Below, in pieces: positions 11,501 through 25,129 of a stretch of 64,000 nucleotides of DNA. The stretch covers positions 8,370,001-8,434,000 of the forward strand of contig JBHGNT010000016.1 of the NCBI GenBank assembly GCA_043228905.1, read 5' to 3'. The notes beneath the pieces are model-generated. The model searched no databases and was not told the DNA's origin. It saw nothing but the letters and a program-made list of their open reading frames with translations. Positions within the stretch are counted from its first letter, which is position 1; the number at the start of each line of letters is the position of its first letter. Source of the stretch: Azolla caroliniana (lineage: Eukaryota > Plantae > Polypodiophyta). A program made the translations under genes and the position numbers.

Positions 11501-13262
11501 TGTTCTTGCAAGGTGAGCTTGAGGAACAGGTGTACATGGTACAACCCCCCAAATTTCACTCCGGAACGAACACTTCGGTAGTGTCCCGATTGAGGATGTT
11601 CCTTTACGGACTAAACCAAGCCCCGCGTGCCTGGAACGCGAAGATCACACAGCAATTGCATCGGATGGGCTTTGCGACGTCAAAATCGGACTCCTCACTA
11701 TTCATCCGGAAAGGTCGACTCGGGCCAGTCAATATTTTACTTTATATTGATGACTTGGTCATCACCGGCGCCGACCTAAGTGAAATCGACCGCGTGAAGG
11801 TCCAACTTGTGGCATCATTCGACATGAAGGATCTGGGGGACCTTCATTACTTCCTCGGGATCAAAGTGATCCGTACCCCCGAAGGCATATTGATCAGCCA
11901 AAGTCATTACGCGCTGAATATGCTCTTCAAGTTCGGGATGGTGAATTGTAAGCCCATCTCGACCCCTTTGGATAGAAACGTAAAGCCTCGCCAAGATTTG
12001 GGAAAGGTATGCGACCCGACATGGTTTCGACAGATTGTCAGAAGCCTCATCTATTTGACGATCACTCGGCTGGACCTCAGTTACCCGGTCGGCATGATCA
12101 GTTAATTCATGTCGCAGCCTATGACTAAACACTTTTAGTGCGTGCAACGGATATTGTGTTATGTCAGCAGCACGAAAGACATGGTGTTGTTTTATCGGGC
12201 AGGCATAGCCGAACAGTTAGTCGGCTACACGGATGCCGATTGGGCCGGAAACGCCCATGATCGTCGATCCACATCTGGATACGCATTCTCATTGGGAAGT
12301 GCAGCGATCGCATGGAGCTGCAAGAAGTAGCCGATAGTAGCACTGTTGAGCAAGGAGGCCGAATATCGAGGGGCGACTATCACTACGTGCGAAGTCATTT
12401 GGCTGAAACGGCTATTACGGGATCTGCAGGTAGAGGTGTTTGATCCGACGACGATCCATTGTGACAACCTTAGCAGTATCCACCTTGCGAATAAACCCGT
12501 TTTCCACACCTGGACCAAGCACATTGAGGTGCATTACCATTTTGTCCGCGAGTGGGTCCTTTAAGGTGAAGTCGAATTGGTGCATGTTTCGATTGATCGG
12601 CAGATTGCCGACATCTTCACAAAACCTCTTGGTCTCGACAAGTTACGACATTTCTCATGTGCGCTTGGGTTGTGTTACCTCGACACGCCGAACTTGAGGG
12701 GGAGAAAGGAAGAACAGGGACAAGAGCGTGAAAGGAGAGGAGGTAAGCATCATGGCGGAAGTGACCGTGATGCGGAGTCGGATGGAGAATTCGACTTCGA
12801 ACCGGTTGAAGAAGCCGTAGACGGAAGCAAGGGCCGTAAGCATAAGAAGGAGCCGAGGACAGCCGAAATAGGGGGAGATAAGGCCAAGACTAAGACATGG
12901 TCGGATGTTGTCAGGTGCGTAAATCGGGTGTGCAATGAGAAGCCGTAGCGGTGCGTAAACCGCGAGTCCGTTGGAAAGATATTCCGAGTAGGAATATATT
13001 TTGGGAGTTAGTGTAGAGCTCACTTATGAGCATTGAAGTACGTGTCAGTACTTCAGTCAGTCCGTATGGACTTGTATAAAAGTGCTCACTGAGCACATCC
13101 CATGTATAGAGAGTCATTATTTTGAATCTGAGTTTTCTGTTGTCTGCTCTCTTTGTCTCTGTCTCTCCCTCTCCATCTCCATCTTTGCGTTTTCTGTGTT
13201 TTACCGAACTGTTGTATTCCCCCGAACTGTGTACTCTGTGTTTACGCACAGGCTTACGCACA
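8595..13262 (+). mobile_element. Degenerate Copia C (same family as A): gag remainder, protease, integrase, RT, RNase H, partial 3' LTR
   Basis: Starts mid-gag (RVLYCFASC) directly after A's LTR; WYVDSG, HSDVWG, YIDD, DADWAG; many stops; ~12950-13262 resembles A's LTR but lacks its start and the second PPT. Confidence 0.88.
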
Positions 13263-13341
13263 ATGTATTCTTTTACACTCTACAATTCTAAAACATTACT
13301 TTCAATCGTGAAGCACTTATAGTCCCATAGGTCGTTGCTTG

Positions 13342-14066
13342 CTATGCCTTTTGATTTGCTTTCCTAGATGCATATGCTTGCCTTCTACGTTCTTGCTCTT
13401 GTGGAGTTTTATCCTCCGTCACAAAAAAACTTGTCCCTCGAGATGACTTTCCCACTAGTTGCTTTTTGTTAACCCTATGTGCGGCATATACAATAACATC
13501 TCGCATAGCAAAGTGATCTTTAAAGAATTTCGTAATATTCTCTCCAAGAGATAATGCATTCTCTGTTTCGTTCTCTTGCATACCTCTAATGACAATATTA
13601 TTCTTTCTTCTTTCGATTTCATATTGCTCCTTTGCATCTAACACATATTGCTCCTTTTCGGTGTTTCTTTCAAGAGACCATCTTTCCACCTTGTCATGAT
13701 CACATCTTCCTTCCCTTCAACTACAGATTTTATTTTCGCATTTGCCTTCATTAAAATCTCTTTTTCTGCTTCAAGACTCAACATTTTCCTTTCTATTTCA
13801 GGCATCCGATTATCTTGCATTTGAATAGTCATGTTCTTCTTTGCATGTAGTTCTTCATGCAAAGCTTTAATCTTTAACTTTTGCATTTCCATTGTATGTT
13901 GAAGAGTTAATTCTCTCTCCTTATAACCATACATTTCTCTTTGCATATGCATAATTGTCTCTTGCAATGAGATATACATAGCTGCCATCTTTTCCATTGA
14001 CAAAGTATGCATTTGATTGTTTGGGCTTTCAATCACATCATCATTGAGTTTTACTCCTCTTGGCAT
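13342..14066 (-). pseudogene. LINE ORF1p-like relic (coiled coil + RRM-like + C-terminal motif)
   Basis: Heptad-rich 13638-14066, frameshifted into RKNNIVIRG..AHRV..FVTEDKT (13342-13689), motifs typical of L1/CR1-type ORF1 proteins. Confidence 0.65.
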
Positions 14067-14289
14067 ATTTACTATTAATAAAATGATAGAAGAAGTAGAA
14101 TGTACCTTTCAATCGATTTAGGGTTTCAAAATCTACCTTGAGTTTGAGGAACCGCGGGACAAAGAGGGATGTAGACAAAAATGCTCATAACGTCTCACCA
14201 CGATAACAGAATTCAGCAAATAAACATTTGTTAGAAAGCTCTTTCCAATGAGCTATAGATGCCGAAAATGATGGCGGTAGAGAAATGGG

Positions 14290-14607
14290 CCCATAGGTAG
14301 AGAGAGATGAGAGATGAGAGAGATGGAGATAGACCAGACAACCAAAATTTCTATTATAGAAAAGACTCTTTGTACAGACAATGTGCTTAGTGAGAACTAT
14401 TTATACAATTCCTCAAAAGTACCAAAAAGTACATCAATGCTCATAAATGAGCTACTGACATTGATACCTAAAATATTCCAATAAGGAATATAGGTCCTAA
14501 CGGCTTGCCAACTCCCCGCCAATCCAGCCAAGTCAATTTGTCTCCACCCGATCTAGCTCTCGACTTCTTTAGCCGATCTGGCCCATGTTGAGCTTGCTCC
14601 CTCAACA
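14290..14607 (-). repeat. Solo or partial LTR of the A/I Copia family
   Basis: Minus strand starts TGTTGAGGGAGCAAGCTCAACA like the A and I LTRs; TATA-like site ~14400; left boundary approximate. Confidence 0.75.
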
Positions 14608-14748
14608 ATGATAATAAGTAATAGACAAAGACTTGGATGAATGTGCCACGTTCTTAATGTTCTCCTTCAATTTGTTTTAAAAGACACTCAAGTTTTGAGA
14701 AGTCCTGACATAATTTGTGAGATCATTATCATATGCTTGCCATCTCAT

Positions 14749-15964
14749 TGTTATGAATTAGGTCCCTTCAAATGGGAAGGAAAGCGCGAGTCGAAGAAAA
14801 GAGTAAGTTGAATAACTCGACAACAACTTGGTCGAGGCCGAAAAATCGATTGATTCCCAATTTGGTCGACGCCGACTCGAGGCTATATTTATAAATAGCC
14901 TCAATGTGCCCTTAGTGGGTTATATTTGTAAATAGCCCATATTGTGTATGAGTATAAATACACTTAGGGCAAATCATTAGATGGGTGATGAATCATTAGT
15001 GTAATAGAGTGTGTAACGTGTGTGTGTGTGTGTGTGGGAGAGAGAGAGTGAGAGTGAGAGTTGTAACCGTCACCAGATGAAGAGGAGCTCAAGGTTGTTG
15101 CCTTAGAGTCTCGTGTATTTCCTCCTACCATAGGGATATTATTCGGAGTTTGTGGACTCCCGTGACTTTTTCCCTCTCTAGGTTTTCCACGTTAAATATT
15201 GTGTCTCGGTGTTTTTTTCCTGACTTCAGTTTTTTGTTCTTTGTGTTCTCATCATTCTTCATTGTTGCTTGGGAACTGGTTGTGGCCGGTCCTATTTTCT
15301 AACAAACTAGTATCAGAGCAATGGACTAACATGTCAAAGGAATGTTCAAACTAACTGGCTCCAACTATTCAGTGTGGAAGTCGAAAATGAAGTGATATGT
15401 TGGTGGGTAGAGACCTTTGGCTGCATGTGTAGTTTGAGGATGGAAGGCCATACAAGATTGATGCGTCGACATGGGAGGTGATGCATATGAAAACGATGGT
15501 GTATATAAGATGTTTTATAAACATGAGTCTATATAGCAACTTTAATGAAGACACAAAGGCAGATGACCTGTGGAAGAAGATCGGGTTCATGTTTGAGAAC
15601 AAGAATGCCGTCAACAGAGTCTCAGTATTCCGGAAGATTGTGAGACTCCGGTATCAGGATGGCTCCAACATGGTGGAGCACCTGAACGCCTTCCAAGGAT
15701 TGATAAATTAATCCACCTCTCTGGAAGTACCTCTAGTTGACGAGATATTAACATCGTTGTTGCTGGGATCCCTTCTCGACAGTTGGGAGATGCTCATTAT
15801 CACTTTGGGCTACGCCAGACCGAAAGGGAAGCATCTATCCCTGGAGAGGGTGAAGTCGAGCTTGTTAAATGAGGAAGCTCGCCGGAAGGATAGGGTGTCC
15901 ATTTTCGACCCAGAGGCCCTAGTCACATAAGGTGACAGGAACTAGGGGAGAGGCCGCAATAGAA
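14749..15964 (+). mobile_element. Copia D (Tork/Tnt1-like): 5' LTR 14749-15304, decayed PBS, gag 5' part; interrupted by E
   Basis: TG..TAACA LTR, TAGTATCAGAGC, gag KLTGSNYSVWK; reading continues at 43485 after TSD TAGAA. Confidence 0.8.
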
Positions 15965-16226
15965 TGTCAGGAAACGAATCATCAATCCACAAGAAAAGGA
16001 ATATGCTGAAATGCACAACTTTGAAACACAGAAAATAGTGTACACAGATTTAACCTGGAAACCCTAAACGGAAAAAACCACGGGAACAGAGATTCCACTA
16101 TACACAAGAGAGTACAGAAAAACGGTTACTATCTTCTTTGACACACACACAGGATAACCCGCTTAGGGTTCTTACCAAGTTCGTTGAACCTTGCTACCGC
16201 TCTTGTTGGCCATTGACAACCAAGTA

Positions 16227-19200
16227 TGTAATGAGGAAGGGGCGAGTCGGGTTCCGGATATATAATGATATTATTAATTATAGGAATGGACAGATCCGGA
16301 ATAGGTATGTTGATCCGGATTCAGGCTGATTCGTACCCGGTTGCCGGTTAGGCATCGTTTTGTAACACAGACCCAGAGGCTTATAAAAGGATCCAGGTAT
16401 CGATGTATTAAGGGATGGAATGTTAATATAAGTTCAAAGCTTTGTTATTATATCTTGTGGATCTTTATGTTCTATTCCGTTCTGCGCGCAATATATGAAT
16501 CTTACGCGTGTAATTGGGGTGTGTTCTGAATACGAATACCGAACTGAAAGACAACCAGTTATGGGTGTTAAGTGCTTAATCTCTTACCGTAACCACCCTT
16601 TGATGAAGTGTTCCGAAGGGACACCTTGTGCTAGAGGCAAGTGCGGCCCAGGAATGACACATAATTTGGCGACCACGATTACTGCAGCAAGTAGCGAACA
16701 ACGGGGGGATGGATGACTAGGCCAACAAACGACCTAGTTGCTGAACGAGCAAGAAGACTAGCCGCGAGACTGCGGAGGCGGGAGGCTTACCAACAAGCGG
16801 CTGAGGAGATCTGATTAGATCGGTCTTTTTCCAGCGTGATTCGGTAGGTCGCGGAGGAGTCACTCTATCAATACCCGGACAAAGGAAGCAGTTTGAGCAG
16901 TTTGCGGAATGCAGAATCCATCCTTCAGACCCTCGCGGCGGGCGAGGGAGATTCGGGAGCGTTCTCGGCTATCGAATTGGATTCGGACGGGGAGCACAAG
17001 GTTCAATCCAACTATCGAAGCAGTCACAACACCCCGGAAGACCCGAACGATGACGATTCGGAAAACCTACCAACGATAGAACCAGAAACAACAAAACTGG
17101 CATCCCCGGTCAACGAAGCTGGTTCGAATGAGCAAGTACCTACACCACCACTCAACCACTTGGAGACTCAGGAGGAACACGCTTCGACACCACTACCCAA
17201 GTCACCGAAGAAACAGTAGGAGCGGGTACTAACACCACCTCTGGTAGAACCAATAGACGACAACACCATGCCATACTAGTATCCGAAATATTGGGATGAC
17301 TAGGACGCGGAGGCCCACATCTGCGCCTTTCTCCAAACATGGGAAGCGAACCATGTTTCACAACGGCTGACCGAAGTAGAGGCCGAACGCTCGAAGATAG
17401 CGGAATTCAGCATGACCTTGGAGGGACAGATGGCATAACAAGCACCTTCCTGACAGAAGCGCCACATTTAAAGAATTAAAGAAAATGTTTCTGCGCTTCT
17501 TCCACAGACAGGTGGAACAAAGGGAAATCGTCGGTCAATTCTACACGACCCGACATGACCCGACAAAAATCGTGTTGCATTTCATCATCTGGTTCCAGAC
17601 GCTGCACAGTCAACTCACCAGAGCTCCACTGGAAGGAGAAGTGAAAGCGATATTTTTGGTAGCGCTTCAGGAACCTCTCCGAACAATGTGTGCGGTAATA
17701 GATTTCCAAACCAACACCATAGACCAAGTCATGGACCGGGTAATGGAAATGGACAAGATTAGTTCGTGGCCGTCAATGGGGGCAGTCCAACGAGCACTCC
17801 CTACAGAAGAAGACCTCCGGTTTTGGCAGGCCGTACAATGCACAACGTGCCTTAACCCCAGACACTGAATGGTAGAATGCACAATGAGAGCACACACAAT
17901 GCATGATATGTCATTCCTGAGCACACACAATGGACTGATGTGAATATAATCTACTAAACCGACAGGTGGCACCATTCAGGCAGATCTAACCCCAGACCGA
18001 ATGGCAAAACGATGATGAACGGTTCAGGTGCGATGACCGCTACCGACCAATACAAGACATCCGATACGACAGACGAGAGTATGATCGGGATCATAGGGAT
18101 AGGAGCCGAGAATACAACCATGATAGGTATGATCGCGATTATTCCCCCAACTATAACAAAAGGAGGGATGACCAACGAGGAGAATATGCAGATTCGGATA
18201 GGCGCCCCTCAAACTGGCAGGTATATCAGAACAATTGGCACCATAATCGGAGGAGAAATTTGCGGAGAAACGAGCAGCGAGAACCGGCTAGAGATGATCA
18301 ATGGGAGCCCGATAGAAACATGACTGACGCCCAAGAGCCAAACCAGGCGATAATCAGCTTTCAGTCCGGTAACATGGGAAAAGCGGAATCGAGTAACACA
18401 CGAAAAGTGTATTGTTACTACTGCCGACAAGACGAACACTATAGCAGTCAATGCCCAATCAAGACCAACGAGAAATAACTGGCAGTGAATATGGTGATTG
18501 CGGAGGTGGCTAATATTCAACAGCTCACCACTCGATCAAAAGGAGAAATGACAGAATGGGAGGCTCAGGAAGCAATTCGAAAATAGGCCACCGAATGGAT
18601 AGAAAAGGCGAACGAACGAAACGTGACCGAATTATGAGAACGAATGAAACCTCTGGAGGAACAAACAGAGACCATGGACGAGAATTGAACGTGGCAGGCA
18701 TTACAAGTCTGCCAGATTATGCTACCACTAGGCCGTCTGCTGCAATTAGTGCCCCGATTCACCAACGGACTGAAATCAATATTGGCTGCACAAAACCCCA
18801 TACCGGCTCTGACATTCTTTTCAAATCCGGAAGAAGGACCGAACGTCGTGGACACGAGCAGCCTTGCAATCATAGTCATCGTCAAAGGACGACGAATCGG
18901 GAGTGAACGTAATTAGCCAACGTACATGTGATACGTTAGGGATCTGGGAATGGGAACCATGCCCATTCTGGCTCCAGATGGCTGATACCAGTTCGGTCCG
19001 GCTACTCGGGCTGATCCGGGATTTGGAGGTCACAATTGGCGGACATGCATTCCAGATATCCGTAGTGGTGTTGCAGTTAAGAGCACAAGGAGCATATCCC
19101 TTGTTGCTAGGAAGACCATGGTTGCAGACGACACACATAAAACAAAATTGGCAGAGGAATATCATCACTTTCCGATGTGGCAAAGTAAAAGTGCGAGTAC

Positions 19201-19610
19201 CGATACACCCACGAATAGGAGCCAGTAAGGAGTGGATGCCACTATATGCGAAAAGCATTAACATACTAGAAGGACTAGCCGACGAATAGGTAGACCGATA
19301 CCTAGACGAACATCCAAGGATAGTGCCATTGTTCGAAGTAGACGTTGCAGAAGCAGTTACCCCGTATATTGTGCAACCAGAAGAAGTCGGTGATGAGCCG
19401 GATCGGGAAGCAATCTGAGAATTACATCAAGCACAAGAATCCTTGGAACGGGAAATGGCGGTATTGCAACGAGTAAAAGCGTTGCGGTTGGAGGACGTGA
19501 ACCTCGAAACCAGGGAGGAATCGAAACCAGTCAACACCGTTGAATAAAACAGCAATGGTGTCATTACTAAAAGAATTCCGAGATGTATTCGCATGGTCGT
19601 ACGAAGACAT
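16227..19610 (+). mobile_element. Truncated Ty3/Gypsy relic F (Tat/Athila-type non-chromovirus): LTR, PBS, gag with several zinc knuckles, protease, RT start
   Basis: LTR ~16227-16661, PBS TGGCGACCACG 16667-16677 (tRNA-Arg-like), CYYCRQDEHYSSQC, LLLGRPWL, EFRDVFAWSYED, then abrupt end. Confidence 0.75.
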
Positions 19611-19611
19611 T

Positions 19612-21084
19612 TGGTAACCCTAACCCTACAACACTAACAACACTATTTTGGCGACCACTAAGGCGACCCCCCTTTGGAGACGATGTTGATGACTAATACG
19701 CGACAAAGACATGGGAACGACGAAATGTGCGATAATGGTGACGGTGATTTGCGAGAAATCGAATTTATGATGTGTAGCAAATCAAATCGGTAATGTGCAA
19801 GAAATGGCGACCACAATGTGTTGGAAATGGCCATGATAACGAAAAAAAGAAACAGTCATAGCGACAACCGGAATGACGGAGAGATTGACAACGACAATGA
19901 TGGCCGAACCGACCAACCGACAACGGCCAAGAATAGCTAGCAACGGTAAACTGACGGCCAGATGCACAAACAATGACGAAAAAACACAACTGGACAATGA
20001 CGAAGACGATCGGGACGACAATCGGACAATTGGAAAGACATGGCCATTCGAGCCGAACAACAATGGAGATGACCGGGGACGACGACCTGGATGAACGAAG
20101 ACAGTTGGACAAGGTCGACAGCGACTGTTCTGCGAAGAGACAAAGACAGCTGAAGAGCATCGACGGCAGCCGGAGCCGAACAGAATAATGATGAATGGAT
20201 GGCTGGCCAGAGACAGCCAAGCAATAGTGACGGCCAGAGATGGCCGGACGGCAACCGAAATGGCCGAAATGGCCGAAGAAACGAAGAAGGAAAACACAAG
20301 AAGGAGATAGAAGAAGAAGAAAAGGATACATCAAAACAAGAAGAAGAAGAGGATGGTATCCAACTAGAGATCTAAGAAAGATACAGAGAAGAAACAGATA
20401 GAGAAGCGAGCGAGACAGAAGCAAGAGAGAGGAGGGGAATAATAATAATAATAAATCAACCAATAAAAAGAAAGAAAGGGCAAGCGAAGCGAGAATGATA
20501 GGGGTATCGAACATAATTTTAAAAACATGAGGGTACATAATACAATTTCCAAAACCTAAGGGCATTGCCATTAGTTTAGAAAATTTGAGGCTACAATACC
20601 TAAATTTAAAAACTCAACCACCTAAAAGAAATAGACGTGATCGACCACGACAACTCACACAAAATTAAAGGAAGAACACACATACACACAACATGCTTTT
20701 GGACGCATGACGAAGTTTGTGAACCGATAGAACAAGAATGTTCGTGTCGAGGAAGATTCGTTGACCGAAGGAGGTGTTCGAGTCAAGCGTTCTGATTGAG
20801 GGAGTCGATCGATGAGAGGACCGACGGAAGTTTCGGTCGAAGAAAGATGACGATCAAGGCATGTGGGATCGACGTGCAAGGCACTCTCCCACGGGCGTGC
20901 CATAATGTGTTGCCGTACGAGATGTATGGAGAGCGAGGGTGGAATGTTATGATGTTGTTTATGTGTATGTGTAAATGTGTAAGTGTAATTGTGAGTGTGA
21001 GTAATTACGTATGTGTACACATGCACACGTGTGTGCATGTGGACGGATACGAGGAGGTGTGAGTGAGCGATTGGTGTGAATGTT
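19612..21084. mobile_element. Partial non-coding LTR element G related to L; LTR from ~20908 interrupted by H
   Basis: 20650-21050 resembles the reverse complement of 47700-48130 (GTTCGAGTCAAGC, GTTTCGGTCG, LTR TG-rich tract); CCCACGGGCGTGCCA at 20888-20902. Confidence 0.65.
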
Positions 21085-24000
21085 TGTTAAAATGACTTGA
21101 ATTAATTGGTGTGGTTTATGGAAAGCCACATCTCTCATCTGCATGATCTACACAAAGCATGATGACTAATTGCAAAGTCATCACTCTTGGTGAATATATG
21201 AAGGCCACATGCATCATTAATATAAAAAGTTGGTGAAGTGAAGGCTATAAAAAGGCAGCCTTAATCGTTTGAAGGTGCATCAAAATAGAAGACCACCAAG
21301 AGTTGTAGGCTTGTGAGATGTAAGAGAATAAGAAAGTTTGGGAAACACTAGTAGGAGAAAATTCTTGTGAGAGAATTGTGAGGTTATTCTCTTGGGTGTT
21401 GGGTTTAATTAGAGAATATTTTCTCTAATTGTTGTAAACTCTCTGTTATATATTTTTATAGTGGAATCTCTCTCTTGTCCGTGGACGTAGGCTAATTTGG
21501 CCGAACCATGTAAATACTTGTGTCATTTATTTCTCCGCTCCTATATTATCATATTATTGTCATCTATTTAAACTGATGTACTATTTGATCCGAGTGCCAT
21601 CGTAACAAACTGGTATCAGAGCCCTGGTTGTTAGTACATTAGTTTTGGTATTATCTTGTCAAGTCAAGATGTCGATGACAAAATTTGATGTCGAGAAGTT
21701 TGATCGAAAAATCAACTTCTCTCTTTGGCAAGTAAGGATGCGCGCGATCCTTGTGCAGAACGGAGATCAAAAGGCTTTAGATGTAAGGCCCGACGGTATG
21801 ACAGACACCAGGTGGGAGGAGATAGATGAGAAGGCCTGCTCAGACGTGAAAGCAGATTAGAAGATTTCGAACTTTATAATGGTTTTGAATTCTGCGGAGG
21901 AATTTTAACAGGTTTTGTGAGGTTGAAGGAATTTCCAGACATCGCACAGTAGTTAAAACACCGCAGCAGAATGGCGTAACTGAGCACATGAACAAAACTC
22001 TTTTGGAGAGGGCTCATTGTATGTTTTCCAATGCTAGGTTGTCCAAAGACTTTTGGGCTAAAGCTGTTTCCACGGCATGTTTCCTGGTGAATCGCTCACC
22101 GTCAACGACGATTGAGTTCAAAACTCCTAAAGAGGTATGGTCTGGTAAACCTGCTGATTATTCAAATTTAAGAATATTTGGATGTCTTGCTTATATGCAT
22201 GTTAGTGAAGGAAAATTGGAGCCTCGAGCTAGAAAATGTATTTTTCTTGGTTATGCTTCTGGGGTGAAAGGATATAGGTTGTGGTGTCCTGATCCTAAGT
22301 CACCTAAATTTGCAATTAGTAGAGATGTTACTTTTGATGAATCTGCTCTATTGAATCCTAGAATGGAGCCTATGGTTTCTTCTGATACATATGAGACAGG
22401 AAGTATATCGAAGCAGGTGGAGCTTGAAGTTCCAAGTCCACCAGTGATGGCTGAAACACTTGCTCCTGAACCTGTAGAAGAGGAGCCTGATGTCGTAGAA
22501 GAAGCACCTCCCGAGGAAGAACGAAGTATTGCAAGAGATAGACCAAGAAGAGAAATTAGACCACCACAGAGATATGCTGATTTTGTTGCATATGCTTTAT
22601 TAGTTGGAGAAGAAACAAATTCTATTGGCGAGCCAACTTCTTACTCTGAAGCCGTTTCTTCTATTGATTCCACCAAGTGGTTGATTTCTATGCAAGAAGA
22701 AATTGAGTCTCTTTATAAAAACGAAACTTGGATACTTGTGAAGCCGCCATCTAGACAAAGGATTGTTGGCTGTAAATGGATCTTCAACATAAAGGAAGGA
22801 ATTCTTGGAGTGGAGAAAGCAAGGTAAAAGGCATGGCTAGTAGCTAAAGGCTACAGTCAGGTACCAGGTGTTGATTTTAATGATATTTTCTCACCTGTTG
22901 TGAAACATAGTTCTATTCATGTCTTGCTTGCATTAGTTGCTATGCATGATTTGGAGTTAGAACAACTTGATGTAAAAACCGCATTTCTACATGGTGAACT
23001 TGGCGGAGATATTTACATGCAACAACCAGAAGGTTTTGTTGTTGAAGGAAAAGAAGATCATGTTTTCCTGTTGAAGAAATCGTTGTACGGTTTAAAACAG
23101 TCTTCAATACAGTGGTACAAGCGATTTGATTCCTTTATGGTTGGCAGCGGATACTCAAGAAGCAGTTATGACAGTTGTGTTTATTTTAGGAAGACTCATG
23201 ATGGTTCATTTATCTTTTTGCTTCTTTATGTTGATGACATGTTGATTGCATCTAAAAATATGTTGGATATTGAAGAATTAAAGAAACAGTTGAACAGAGT
23301 GTTCGAGATGAAGGATCTTGGTGCAGCAAAAAAGATCCTTGGCATGGAAATCGAAAGAGATTGTAATGGTGGAAAGCTGTATTTAACTCAGAAGAGTTAT
23401 ATTGAGAAAGTGTTGGAGAGGTTTGGTATGAAAAATGCTAAACCAGTATCGACTCCGTTTGCAGCGCATTTTAAGTTATCAACTTCTTTATCACCAAAGT
23501 CTGATAATGAAAAGAGATACATGACAAGAGTTCCTTACTCCAATGTAGTTGGTAGCATGATGTATGCTATGGTTTGTACGCGTCCAGATATTTCACATGC
23601 TGTGAGTGTGGTCAACAGATATATGGCTTGTCCTAGAAAATCACACTAGAATTCAGTGAAATGGATTTTAAGATATTTGCGTGGAACTTCAGACGCTTGT
23701 TTGGAGTTTGGCAGGAGTAACAGTTCTCTAGTTGGCTATGTTGACTCTGACTACGTTGGTGATCTTGATAAAAGAAGATCACTGACAGGGTGTGTATTCA
23801 CTCTAGGTGGAAGTGCAATTAGTTGGAAAGCTTTGTTGCAGCTCGTGGTTGCGTTATCAACGACAGAGGCAGAGTACATTGCAGTGACAGAGGTGATTAA
23901 AGAAGGGATCTGGTTAAGAGGCTTGCTTGGGGAGCTTAGTTCTTGTTCGGACAAGATCGACATTTTATGTGATAGTCAAAGTGCCATTCATTTGACTAAA

Positions 24001-24310
24001 GATCAAATGTTCCATGAAAGAACTAAGCACATCGATATCAGGTATCACTTTGTTCGTGATGTTATTTCGCGGGGTGATATCTCAGTGAAAAAGATTTCAA
24101 CTCATGAGAATCTCGTAGATATGTTGACGAAGCCTCTTCCAAGAATCAAGTTCAAACATTGCTTGAATTTGATTGGTGTAGTCGATAATTAAGTTATCCG
24201 GCAAAGGTGGAGCGAGACTACTATGAAATTCAAGTCAAGGTGGAGATTTGTTAAAATGACTTGAATTAATTGGTGTGGTTTATGGGAAGCCACGCCTCTC
24301 ATCTGCATGA
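21085..24310 (+). mobile_element. Internally deleted Copia H (Tork/Tnt1-like)
   Basis: 5' LTR 21085-21607, PBS TGGTATCAGAGCC 21611-21623, gag start KFDVEKFD fused at ~21840 to mid-integrase, RT (YVDD) and RNase H to 24192, PPT AAGGTGGAG, 3' LTR 24249-~24310 truncated. Confidence 0.88.
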
Positions 24311-25129
24311 GTACTTGAGGTGCCTTTTAAATACCTGAGTATCCATTTCACTGCTGGTCAGTGTTCTCGTCCTGGATTACTCATGTATCAGCTTACTGTT
24401 CATACAACAAAAGCTATGTTTGGTCTTGTGCAGACCATAACATACATTAGACTGCCGATGACTGAGGCATATGGTACTTTCCTCATCTAAGCCTTTTCTT
24501 TCTCCCCTCTCAAGCATTGCTTTGCATTTAACTTGCAGTTAGTCGGTAACAAAGAGCCGACTAGCTTCACTTCCATCATGTTGAATCTTTCTAGGATGTT
24601 AGCAGGGTTGTAACACATGTAGCATACCGTACGTGTACAATACGTATGCTATGTATTTTATAAGTATTCTAATTTTTTTATTATAAGTTCTTAGAATACG
24701 TATTTAAGGGTAAAATACGTTGAATTTGTTGAGTACGTTTTGAATATGTTGTTGAATACGTTGAATACATCAAATCTTGAAAACCATTGATGTTGAATGC
24801 AAAGATACTTGGAATTTGAATACTATATAGTAAATACCAATTATCTTTATTGCCCATGGATAAATGGTTATCTATGTTTCAATATATTATACACATGATA
24901 TACATATTTTAAAATGAAAGTGGACACTGGAGATTCGAGAACACAATTGAAGTTTGAATCAAAAAACATATCATTTGAACCCTCAAATCATGGAAAATGA
25001 ATAGAGTAATCAAAAAACTATTAGAATTTAAAACTTTCTTCACGCTCATAGTTATTGGTTCTTAAATTCAAAATTAAACTAAATATGTAAAAACACGCAA
25101 TACATATCTCCATGCAATTTTCGATTATA

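Noticed and set aside
19615-19628. Interstitial telomere repeat (AACCCTAACCCTA)
   Set aside because: Only about two units
19765-20571. 268-aa and overlapping ORFs as an env-like or antisense gene
   Set aside because: Low-complexity purine-rich DNA open in several frames; no recognisable motif
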